Source: Geosiphon pyriformis uo1 (Eukaryota > Fungi > Glomeromycota). Taken from it: a stretch of 64,000 nucleotides of DNA. The position numbers and the translations under genes are program-made. Below the pieces are notes generated by a model. The model saw only the letters and a list, made by a program, of their open reading frames with translations, had not been told where the DNA came from and searched no databases. Below are positions 40,589 through 52,329 of the stretch, piece after piece; positions within the stretch are counted from its first letter, which is position 1; each line of letters opens with the position of its first letter. Where the stretch lies: positions 1 to 64,000 of the forward strand of contig JAAOMT010000519.1 in assembly GCA_016748015.1 (NCBI GenBank), in the 5' to 3' direction.

Positions 40589-43500
40589 ATGTCTTCCACT
40601 TCGTCAAGTGAAAATGCAAATTTACCTATCGACTGGCTTGAAGAAGTATTCATTGTCATCAATGAAAGTTGTCTAAACAATCCTTTTCCAAAAGTTGCCG
40701 AATTGGTGAAAAATTATCTTGAGCACATTCAGAAAACATCTGAAGATTTATTCGATTGCTTAAAGAATAAAATTTCAAAGCGTTCGATAGACTATGTTCT
40801 GCTTGGCTTTTCTTTAGAACATGGGATTGGAACTATTCCTAATTTAACAAGAGCATTTATAAAATTTCAGAAAGCAGCGAACGAAGAAGATTCTTTTGGA
40901 CAATTTTTCTTAGGCCGTTGTTATGATAATGGAATTGGTACTTCACAAGATCAAAGAAAAGCATTTGAACTCTATTCAAAAGCAGCAGAGGCAGGAAATA
41001 TAAGTGCACAAAACAATCTTGGATACTATTATAAAAATGGACTGGAAACCACAAAAAATCTCGAAAAAGCATTTGAACTTTATTTAAAAGCAGCAGATGC
41101 AGGAGATTCAGATGCACAAGTGAATCTTGGACTTTGTTACGAAAATGGATGGGGAACAACAAAAAACGAGGAAAAGGCATTTGAACTCTATTCAAAAGCC
41201 GCAGAGGGGGGAAATTCAGATGTACAAGTAAATCTTGGAGCGTGCTATTTAAACGGATGTGGAACAACAAAAGACGAAGAAAAAGCATTTGAACTTTATT
41301 TCAAAGCAGCAGAGGCGGGATATTTAGATGCACAATACAATCTTGTACTTTGTTACGAAAATGGATGGGGAACAACAAAAAACGAGGAAAAAGCATTTGA
41401 ACTCTATTCAAAAGCCGCAGAAGCGGGACATACAAATGCCCAATCTAATCTTGGAGCGCGTTATTTAAACGGATGGGGAACAACAAAAGACGAAGAAAAA
41501 GCGTTTGAACTCTATTCAAAAGCTGCAGAGGCGGGAGATTCAGATGCACAACTCAATCTTGGATTTTGTTATCAAAATGGATGGGGAACGACAATAAATT
41601 TGGAAAAAGCATTTGAACTCTATTCAAGAGCAGCAGAGGCGGGAGATTCAGATGCACAATTCAATCTTGGACTTTGTTATGAAAATGGATGGGGGACAAC
41701 GAAAAATTTGGAAAAAGCGGTTGAGCTCTATTCAAGAGCAGCAGAAGCGGGAGATTCAGATGCACAATCCAATCTTGGAGCGTGTTATTTAAATGGATGG
41801 GGAACAACGAAAAATGAGGGAAAGGCATTTGAACTCTATTCAAAAGCTGCAGAGGCGGGAGATTCAGATGCACAACTCAATCTTGGATTTTGTTATCAAA
41901 ATGGATGGGGAACGACAATAAATTTGGAAAAAGCATTTGAACTCTATTCAAGAGCAGCAGAGGCGGGAGATTCAGATGCACAATTCAATCTTAAATATTG
42001 TTATGAAAATGGATGGGGAACGACGAAAAATGAAGAAAAAGCATTTGAACTCTACTCAGAAGCAGCAGAAGCGGTACATAGAAATGCACAATCCAATCTT
42101 GGGGCGTGTTATTTTAATGGATGGGGAACAACGAAAAATGAACAAAAAGCATTTGAACTCTATTCAAAAGCAGCAGAGGCGGGAGATTCAGATGCACAAT
42201 ACAATCTTGGACTTTGTTACGAAAATGGATGGGGAACAACAAAAAACGAGGAAAAGGCATTTGAACTCTATTCAAAAGCCGCAGAAGCGGGACATACAAA
42301 TGCCCAATCCAATCTTGGAGCGCGTTATTTAAACGGATGTGGAACAACAAAAGACGAAGAAAAAGCATTTGAACTCTATTCAAAAGCTGCAGAGGCGGGA
42401 GATTCAGATGCACAACTCAATCTTGGATTTTGTTATCAAAATGGATGGGGAACGACAATAAATTTGGAAAAAGCATTTGAACTCTATTCAAGAGCAGCAG
42501 AGGCAGAAGATTCAGATGCACAACTCAGTCTTGGAACGTGTTATTTAAATGGATGGGGAACAACAAAAGATGAAGAAAAAGCATTTGAACTTTATTTAAA
42601 ATCATCAGGGGCTGATAATACAACTGCACAATACAATCTTGGAACGTGTTATTTCAATGGATTGGGAACAACGAAAATTTTGGAAAAAGCAGTTGAACTC
42701 TATTCAAAAGCAGCAGAAGCGGGAGATTCAGATGCACAATCCAATCTTGGAGCGTGTTATTTAAATGGATGGGGAACAACGAAAAATGAGGGAAAGGCAT
42801 TTGAACTCTATTCAAAAGCAGCAGATGGGGGAAATTTATTTGCACAATACAAACTTGGAGCCTGCTATTTAAATGGATCGGGAACAACGAAAGACGAAGA
42901 AAAAACGTTTGAGCTCTATTCAAAAGTAGCAGAGGCGGGAGATTCCGATGCACAACTCAGTCTTGGATTTTGTTATCAATATGGACGAGGAACAACGAAA
43001 AATGAGGGAAAGGCATTTGAACTCTATTCAAAAGCAGCAGAGACGAGCAATACAAATGCACAACACAACCTTGGTGTTTGTTATCAAAATGGATGGGGAA
43101 CAGCGAAAAATGAGGTGAAAGCATTTGAACTCTATTCAAAAGCAGCAGAGGCGGGCAATACAGATGCACAATACAATCTTGGATATTGTTATGAAAATGG
43201 ATGGGGAACAACAAAAAATATGGAAAAAGCATTTGAACTTTATTCAAGAGCATCAGAGGCGGGAAATGTAAGTGCACAAACTAGTCTTGGAGCATGTTAT
43301 CAATTTGGATGGGGAACAGCAAAAAATCTGCAAAAAGCAATTGAAATCTATTCAAAAGCAGCAGAGGCGGGCAGTTTACTTGCACAGATCGATCTCGTGC
43401 ATTTTTATCAAAATGAATTGGGAACAACGAAAAATCAGGAAAAAGTGGGGGATCTAACCTCACAAGATAATCTAGTTTGTTATCAAAATGGATGGGGAAT

Positions 43501-45246
43501 AGCGAAAAATTTGGAAAAAGAATTCATACTTTACTTAAAAGCAGCAGAGGTGGAAAGTGCAAATACGCAATACAACCTTGGATGGTGCTATCAAAATGGA
43601 TGGGGAACAATAAAAAACTTGGAAAAAGCTTTTGAATTGTATACAAAAGCAGCAAAGGCCAAATACCTAAGTTATCAAAGTGAACTTCCTGATTTGAATG
43701 ACCTTGGCCTCACATCAGAGGATCAAGATGACCTTGAACTTTTCATCTTAAAATACCAAAATCGAGGTTTAAAATGTTCGGATAATTTTAGAGGAGAATT
43801 TTTTGATTCTGAGGCTTTCTTTGACGAGCTTTCAGATGAATTCAAGTGTTTTAAGTGTGGTAACTTGTACATAATTATTAATGGATATCCTATATGTCCA
43901 TTTTGTGATAATGACAAAAGTGATAAGCATATATTTAATGCCAGCTTACCAAAATGTCCGGAATGCTATAACACATTAAAAGATCCGCTTTGGTGCAAAT
44001 TTTGTGAATCATCACGATCTTCCAGGTCTTGGCTAACATGGACTAGTGAAAACTTAAATATTGATATGTATATACGAGTAACACAGCAAATATCTGAAAA
44101 TTCCAGGACATATTTGGAATGGATTTGTCCCGACGAGATTTCATTTTTAAATATGGTCGGGTCTGGAGGATTTGGTTTTGTTAAAGAAGGCAGATGGAAG
44201 AGAGGCAAAGTTCTTTTTTGGGACAAGAAAAATCAAAAGCATGAACGAAGTGGTCTTACAAAAGTTGCTTTGAAATGTCTTAAAAATAGCCAAAACATGA
44301 AATATGTCAATTTAATCGAGGTATTTTCTTTTAATAATTTTTTTTAGATTTTCATTATCCCTATTTTTTCTAACACTAGAAAACGTAATGATAGTATGTT
44401 GCACATCTTAATTGTGCTTCTTGCAAGTACATCCTTGAATGCTATGGAATGACAAAAGATGTTACAACTAATGAGTTTGTTATGGTTTTACCATTTGCGG
44501 AACATGGGGACCTCAAAGCGTTTCTCGAGATGAACGAAATCACTCTTACTTGGGAAATGGTTCTTCGTATTCTTCTCCAAATCGTTAGTGGCCTAAGATT
44601 TATACATGATTTAAATCTAGTGCATGGGGACCTACATCCTGGAAATATCCTTGTTCTGAAATCAAATCCTTTAAAAGTTGCCATTGCTGACCTAGGATTT
44701 TGTCGTCCTGCCAATTACTCTCCACAGCCTGATAAAATTTGTGGTGTTGTTCGATACTTAGCACCTGAAATCTGTAACTTGTCGCCTCACACCAAGTATA
44801 GCGATATTTATAGTTGTGCTATTATTTCCTGGGAAATTATTTCAGGAGAAAGACCGTGGAATCATATTGTAGATCCTAAGTCCATTCGAATATATACAAT
44901 TCTGGGAAGGCGCCTCCCAATCCAAAAGCATACACCTCAATGTATCCAGCAAATGATTGAAAAAAATTGGGATGATAAACCGTATTGCCGTGATAGTGCA
45001 GAAGAATTTCAACAAAAAGTTATTGCTGCTCACGATAACTGTAAATTAAATGAATATGTGCGTGGAAAAAAACTTGATTCGAAAAAGATACAATGTTATA
45101 AAAATCAAAGAATCTCAAGCCACATAATTTCTCAAAATGGTAAGCCTTTCATTTATTATATTAAATATTTAAGAAATTTTTGGCTTAACCACTCTTTTTC
45201 AGAGTTGGATTTGGCACTTGATAGCAATAATGGATTAAATCCATAG
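40589..45246 (+). CDS. Sel1-repeat (~27x) + Cys-rich linker + tyrosine-kinase-like protein kinase; intact, ~1506 aa
   Basis: Exons 40589-44320, 44395-45139, 45203-45246 (GT-AG, ctaac branch site). Catalytic motifs complete: GSGGFG, VALK, HGDLHPGN, DLG, YLAPE, SDIYS. Confidence 0.92.
40790..43660 (+). repeat. Coding tandem array of 108-bp units (36-aa Sel1 repeats)
   Basis: Recurring aatggatggggaacaac..aaagcatttgaactctattcaaaagc; consensus xxxAQxNLGxCYxNGWGTTKNxEKAFELYSKAAEAG. Confidence 0.97.
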
Positions 45247-45380
45247 TTTATGGTATGTAAACAAATCTATGAATTTAAGTTAACTCGTTTAAAATATTTA
45301 ATCATTTCTATTAAAATAGAATTTCCCTGCTCAAGTTTTTGGGGAAACCGACAAACAAAATTAGTAATGACTTTAAATTT

Positions 45381-45386
45381 ATAATA

Positions 45387-45469
<83 letters not shown>
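45381..45469. repeat. (AAT)n microsatellite
   Basis: Direct reading. Confidence 0.95.
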
Positions 45470-46487
45470 GAGATTAATTGTTTTTATTAAAATTTAACTT
45501 TAAAATGGGTTGAAACAGATTAAAATTTGGGTCAATAATTGGTCCTTTATAATGATGTTTTCAGCTATAAAGAACTATTATACATGATTTACCAGGATTT
45601 TTTTTTGTTAAGGTAATTTAAAAAACGATTACTTTGTTCAAAAATACTGTATTTTAACTAGAAAAAGTTTCTTATAAATAATATTTATATATAAAAGCTT
45701 TATTCTATCAGATCATTAGTCAAGTTTCAATTTCTAAAATTAATATTTCAAGTAACCCAAATACCGCACAAGTTTAAATGTTTCATATTTTCTCTGATTA
45801 TTTAATCCCTTAAAGGTATTCATATTTCAGAAATTCATCTTTTACTCGATTGATACTACCCGAATTTCTTTATCTGATTTAACTTGAAATTCCTATTAAT
45901 ATCAAAAAGAATAACAGCCTTTTTTGCAACAATAATTGTCTTCTTGTTCGAACTGTTTTTAATACTTTTCTTGCTCTAAAATGTTATATATTACATAAAT
46001 ATCATCATAAATAGATAAAATTCCAGCGACTTCTAAGCTCATCATAATCATTTCTTATATTCCATGCATTAATTCATCATTGCGAATTTAAACAATAAAC
46101 CATGAAATGAATTATTTATCCCTCAAAATTAAAAATTCCAATCAGCTTTCATTCGAATCTATTTAAATCAGGTTTTAGATACTTTTACGGTTAATAATAA
46201 TATTTATAATTATAAAAAAAAATAGTTGTTAATTGAATCTGAAGATTATAAATGACAAAATTTACACGCTACTAAATATTCAAATAGCTTGAAAATTTTC
46301 TTTTAATTCAATATAACATCGTATCTCGGCTGTTATCATGGCTAAATAAATCCCAAATCCTTAGCATATTTGTTGTCATTGCTGGCTTTTTCAATCTTAA
46401 ATTACTTATTTTGTTTTACGGTAAAAAATTAAACTGAAAAATTATAAATTTTTGGGATTAGTGTAAAAAGTTGGATTAAGAAATTTG

Positions 46488-46869
46488 TACTGGATGGGAT
46501 ATTACCTCTTCTAAGAATCCTTCCCAAGAGAAAAAGGATCGAATGGAGAAAGCTGCGGAATATTTTAAAGAAGCTGCAGATAAAGGAGAAATTCCTGAAG
46601 TTCAACTTCGCTATGCTTCTTGTTTATGGGCCGGTGATGAAGTACCAAAAAGCATTGAAAGGGCCATCAAGTATTTCGAATTGTCCGCTAATAATCAAAA
46701 TCCGACCGCTATGTATAATATCGGCTACATATATTATAAAGGATCAGATGTACTTAAAGATGAAAAAAAGGGGAAACGATATTTGATCTTAGCTGTTTTG
46801 AAGGGTTTACCAAAAGCAGTAGACTTGTGTAAGAAGGAGAATATCCCATTAACCGAAAATTTAGATTAA
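46488..46869 (+). pseudogene. C-terminal Sel1 fragment of the MLKL-like gene family
   Basis: YWMGYYLF, a small deletion, then MEKAAEYFKEAADKG..KENIPLTENLD, matching the end of 19741-20445 plus 3' UTR homology; no upstream exons. Confidence 0.85.
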
Positions 46870-47639
46870 AATATTATAAAAATATTACATTTTTGTATAA
46901 ATTTATTTATTCTAAGACTTTATTTAGGTTAGAATTAATATTATAAGATATTTTTTGAAATAAATCAATTTCTTAAGCTATTTTTAAAGGATAAATTAAA
47001 ATTTCGAATCACAATGGGAAAAACATATTTCTTGCACTACACACATGGTTGGTCAGGAATTTTTAGACATGGTTTCTTGTGGACGATTTTCTAAGATAGT
47101 CTCGGGTGGTCCACGTTTATTATATAAATAGCGGTTCGACTACTACTAAATAGCGAGCATCTTTTACAAAAATTATATGTAAATTTAGACAAAATAATGT
47201 TTTTAAACAATACTAAATAAACAATTAACAATAATAATAATTAATAGAGCTAATTTTTTTTAAATATATAATTTATCATAGCCAAAAATTATTATCAAAA
47301 TATATTAAAAAGTTGCCTTAAAAAGCAAATATATATTTCATATTTGTAACCTCAGATATCAAGTACAAAAAATTGTTTATGTCCTGAAACTACTTTAAAA
47401 TTATTCTGGTATCTTTTCATCAAAGCTTTTAAAAATCAATTTTTCCAAAAAACCTATTTGGCAATCAGATTTACCTAAAAGACTGATATACTCTTCAATT
47501 ATTTTTTTCCATAGAGAACACACAAAATGATTTTAAAAAATTAAAAAATTAATTTTTTTCTTAGCAGATGCAAATAAAAACTCTAGAAGTTCCCCAAAAA
47601 TATGGCGTTTAGAAATTGTACGCTTATTGAATTCTTAAT

Positions 47640-48136
47640 TACTAAAAGTGCTATGGGAATTTGTAAGAAACCTCTTCCATTAATCTGCCGAATATATGGA
47701 TGACCTTTGCTCCAATAAAGATAAATTAATAATCTAAATCCAAAAGATTAGAAAAGGCGATTGGGTACATACGTCAAAAGAAATTACACTTGCAGGCAGA
47801 AAAACAGAGAAAGGCTATCTCATTTTTTACTCACGAATTTGATGCTATTGTCATTCCTTCCTTAGAGATATCGGGACATGGTGAATCGAAAAACGAGAAA
47901 ATTTACAGGAAAAACAGTTAGAAAGGTGCTATTCTGGGCGCACTATCAATTTCATCAATGTCTGATCGCCAAGGCAGAAGAATTGGGAGTCAGGGTTATA
48001 CCTCTAAAACTTGTAGCTCGTTTGGAAATATCCACAGAATCGGAGGAATTGTAAGCTTGTTACGGATAGAGATGAAAATAGCGCTCAGGGGATCTTCTTC
48101 CGGGCATTGCTTGATGGAACCTTGGTCCTACAGTGA
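47640..48136 (+). mobile_element. Decayed Fanzor/TnpB-like (IS200/IS605/IS607-related) nuclease gene
   Basis: Across frameshifts: RKAISFFTHEFDAIVIPSLE (RuvC II), DMVNRKTRKFTGKTVRKVLFWAHYQFHQCLIAKAEELGVRV, YTSKTCSSFGNI (zinc finger) and CKLVTDRDENSAQGIFFRALLDG (RuvC III DRD-N-A); stop at 48134-48136. 5' boundary approximate. Confidence 0.85.
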
Positions 48137-48146
48137 CCATGCAGGA

Positions 48147-48179
48147 AATAATAGGCGTTACATAGTATTGCCTATTATT
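48147..48179 (+). ncRNA. Hairpin just 3' of the Fanzor ORF; candidate omegaRNA scaffold or right-end element
   Basis: Perfect 10-bp stem aataataggc (48147-48156) / gcctattatt (48170-48179), 10 nt after the stop. The functional call is inferred from position. Confidence 0.45.
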
Positions 48180-48622
48180 GATGTGTTACAATCCATCCGT
48201 GAAACTTAACTTAATCCATGAGATTTTTAAGTAAATATCCGAAATTATAAAGTACCCTCAAAACTGAATCCTAAATCAGCAAGAATGATAAACACCACTT
48301 TATTTGTTGAACGTCAAATTTTAAATTGTAGTGGGTAGTACCATATCACTGTGTAAGTTTTTGCTCATGCTGTGTTAACTATTACGAGTGATACCGTCAT
48401 AATGCCATTCACGGCTCAATCATTATTACATAATTGTACACATTTAAAATAATATTGTGTATATTAGGTCGCAGTGCTTGCCGCACAATAGTATTAATTT
48501 GTGAGCATAAGAGTAAACTGCCTTTTTATTTTTAAAAACAGTTTAGTGGCTGCTGTTGGAGTAAATATCATCAATACTGATATCAGTAAAGCATGTTGAT
48601 TATGAACATTGCTTAAACAACT

Positions 48623-51600
48623 ATGTCAAATTATCATAAAATATATGTGAAAACATCATCTCAAACTACTAATAGCAATAGTAGTCACGACCCTGTCAAC
48701 GAAAACGACCAACACCAACTTTCACCACCACCTCCTTACAATGAGAAAGTTGTACCTCTAAAACCAATACCTACTTCAACAATCCTTTTAAAATCATCAA
48801 AACCATCGTCGCCTATTCAGAAAACAACTTTAACGAGTAGTGAAGAATCTTCGAATTCAGCCGAAGATTCAACAACTATCACCACAACGACTACTACAAC
48901 TACTGTAAGAACAACCGTCACTACTACCAGAATATCCTCCCAAAATATAGGAAAAGAAAAAGACTCGAATAATCAACTTGATGTTGATAATTTGACTTTG
49001 GAGACACCAATAACAGAAACAGAAGGTCAAAATTTGCCATCCCCGACTTCCCTAAATACCACCACCACGAAACCACTGGTTGATTTCCCTGCAACAAACA
49101 CTCATGTTCTCATTTCCTCAAATTCAACACCAGCAGCAACAATTACCTCGTCTTCAAAAGAGGAATCTCCAACTTCGTCTATTTCAAACCATTCCTCGAC
49201 CACGCCAACAAATGCTGAAATATTGCATTCTATGGAGAATTCAAACTCTCGAATTCAGAATTTTCAAAGAACAGAATCAGCTTCCAGTATTCCAGTCGTA
49301 CATGTAACCACAACTGATGATGAAACGACGTCGGACGGTAATGTGGCTGCTGCTACTTCTGCAATTACTTCCACGAAATCACTCTCAAGTTTACAAAATT
49401 GTGATAGTCGACGAAGTAGCTCATTTATAAATAATAGTTTTACTGAGACACCTAAGCAATATTTGGAGCGTATGCAAGACACGCTTTCCAAATCTGAACT
49501 TTCTACTTTGTTAGCTAAGAAGTAAGTAGTAAAGATAATTAAAAGGTTAATTATGGCTCTATTGAAACTAATTTTTTTCTATGGTTTACCCATTTATAAC
49601 AGCAAAGATGTATTTCATGAAGCCGTATTCCGAACCTATATGGATTCGTTTGCTTTTCACCAGGATCCAATCGATATTGCTTTGAGGTATGGTATGAATT
49701 CTATCATTGATTTTTCAAAAAGTATTTTTTAACCCATATTCTCTTCAGAAAATTTCTTATGGATTGTTGCCTTCCTAAAGAAACTCAACAAATTGATCGT
49801 GTTATGGAAGCCTTTGCAAGGCGTTATCATGAATGTAATCCCGATATCTTTCCATCTGAAGGTATTTTATTTGGTTTTATTTATTGAAAATCCCTTACTG
49901 TCATTAACCCATTCAATTTTTTCAGATACTGCCTACATTTTGGCATTTTCTTTGTTGATGTTACACACTGATGCATTTAATAAGAGTGTGAAGCGTAAAA
50001 TGACGAAAAGAGAATTTGTTCAGAATTCTCGGATTGATGGCGTACCCTCGGAAATTTTAGAGGTATGTATCATGTAAAGCAAAATTTATGCAGTCCATAA
50101 TTTTCCATTTTATTAAAAATCTCATGAATTTTAGATTCTATACGACAATGTTACCTTCACACAATTCATTTATGCTGAGGATGATACAGATGTCAATGGC
50201 TTAAAGATGCTCGCTTCACCGACTGAATATCGACAATCTCGGCTATTTGGATCTTCAAGGGAGCGAAAACCAACGTCACGACCCAAAAATGATCCATATT
50301 ATGTGATTCAAAATGTAAGTTTTATTAAATTGAAAGGTACTTTGAGCATTTCGGCCTTTTTATGGGCTGTAATAGATATTGAAAAAATCACTAAGCTCCA
50401 TTATCTAAATTTCATCTCAAACCCAAATTCAGAAAACACAAACTGAATTCACACCAACACTTCGAAATATCGTACCGCTTGAAAATCCGTACTCATACAA
50501 AGGTACTCTTCCCGTAATGGACACTCATTATTTACATCGTGCTTTCATAAATGCACATACAATTCGTATCACTGGCGTGAGAGCACGTAGAAACAGTGGT
50601 GAACCTTTTCATCCTACTGTATCTTCTGATCCTTCTTGGGAGGATGACGAGAAAGCGGGAACCTTTCTCTTGAAAATAACAAAAGCTGGAAGGTTAAGTC
50701 GCAAGGTAGATCTTGTGGAAGGTGGAAAGAAAGCGACAGGATTTTTAAGGAGTTGGAAAGAGTTTGGTGTCATCTTGAGTGGAAGTCAGCTAATGTTTTT
50801 TAAAGACAGTTCATGGTTCGACAATCAAATGAGTGAATTTCTGAATACTTTGGTTTGTGCGAGACGTTTGAATTGTGTTTTGTACTTTTGTAAATTTCAC
50901 TCAACTAAAACTCATGGTTACGTTTTAAAGAATGCTACCAAGATCCCAGTCCTCAAGCCAGATGTAATTCTTATGACTGCGGATTCAGTGGCAGTTTTCG
51001 ATAAAAGTTATAAAAAATATCCACACGTGTTTCGTCTGGTTGGACCAAAAGGACAACAATACCTGTTTGAGGCTAGCGATGAGGAACAAATGAATGACTG
51101 GATCATCAAAATCAATTACGCTGCGGCTTTTAGGACAGCTGGAGTCAAGATGAGGCATTACAATGGCGATACTGTCAACCATGAAAAGGAAAAAACCCGA
51201 AAAAATAGGCGATTATTTCATCAAATTTACTCACAACCTCAAGATAATCTCATCCTCAAAGATAAATCTGGAAGGCCTGATGTTTTGCAGGTGGGAATAT
51301 TTTTTGAATTAATTAAATAATTCTTATTTTTATATACCTTAACTTCATAAAATTATTCTTTTATTTCATTAGTCTAAAATTGAAGGATTAGGAAGTAAGA
51401 TAGCCACTCTTACCTCTCAGCTGAATACTGATGTGCGATTCATCAAAAACCTTACCGTTATGATTCCTTATCGAGCAACAACACGCGATCGAATCATCAC
51501 GGTAGCGACCGAAGTAGGAAAACGGATTAAGCAAACTTGTCTTGAATTAACACGGCTGCTTTGCTACCACGAAATTATGGAAAAAGATTTATGTCAATCT

Positions 51601-52329
51601 GTGATGGAGGAAGAAGATTATTGGTCGAAGCGAAGAAGCACGAGCAAGAGTGGGTACGATCGAAAATATCGAGGCAAATATCATAAACGTGAAGTACTTT
51701 CAGAATATGATAAAAATGATAAACGTAATCGGCAAAATACAATGACAACCAATTCTACTTTGGGTTCAGCAACACATAGTCCCGATTCATCATTGACATA
51801 TTCAATTCTTTTAACGCCTACCCAAACGCCATCCGATTTCGATTTCATTCAACCAATCGATTTTGATGAATTTGATGGTGGCAATCTTAATAACAATTTG
51901 TATGGAGTTGGAACCAGCAACAGTGCTGAAAAAAATAAAAATGACAAGCAAAACAATCAAGAACAAAAAAAATTGAACGTACGAGATGATGCTAGTAGTT
52001 TTGTGGAAATAGGATTTGAAGAAGGCAAAGATTTGGAAAATTTTTCTGGGATCGATCTTTTACATGCATCATCATTAACTTCAACAAAAATTTCAGAAAA
52101 TGAGTTAAGGATAAATTATTTGAGCTTAGCAGACGAAGAACTAAATACTTTAGAGACTCGTGTTCAAGAACCTATTGAAAACCTTATAATAGTGGGACAG
52201 GAAAAAACTGAAGCTGACGATGAGAAAATAGAGAAACGAGAACAGGAAGATTTGGTTCAATGGGTGGAGGAAGAGAATGATTCTGGGGATGAACAATTTG
52301 TAGATGCAGAAGAGGGTGATTTACCATGA
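48623..52329 (+). CDS. Sec7 + PH domain Arf guanine-nucleotide exchange factor (Syt1/EFA6-like), ~7 exons
   Basis: S/T-rich N-terminus; [29 protein letters not shown] (Glu finger, ~49670-49830); [17 protein letters not shown]; PH motifs [20 protein letters not shown] and [24 protein letters not shown]. Confidence 0.9.

Noticed and set aside
40790-43660. Regular repeat array suggesting CRISPR or a TALE-like DNA-binding code
   Set aside because: Contiguous in-frame 108-bp coding units with a Sel1 consensus, no spacers, no cas genes and no TALE RVD loop.
40857-45033. Many antisense and alternative-frame ORFs with repeated LLLLNRVQM text
   Set aside because: Shadows of the Sel1/kinase coding strand.
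19741-45246. RHIM/HET-s-type amyloid motif or NACHT/NB-ARC domain linking the two partners
   Set aside because: By eye I found no Walker A P-loop and no G/N/Q-rich pseudo-repeat at either terminus, so this is not a canonical NLR-amyloid system. A profile search would be needed to exclude a cryptic motif.
47958-48209. 83-aa ORF as a standalone gene
   Set aside because: Chimeric frame across the frameshifted Fanzor relic; only YTSKTCSSFGNI is in the true frame.
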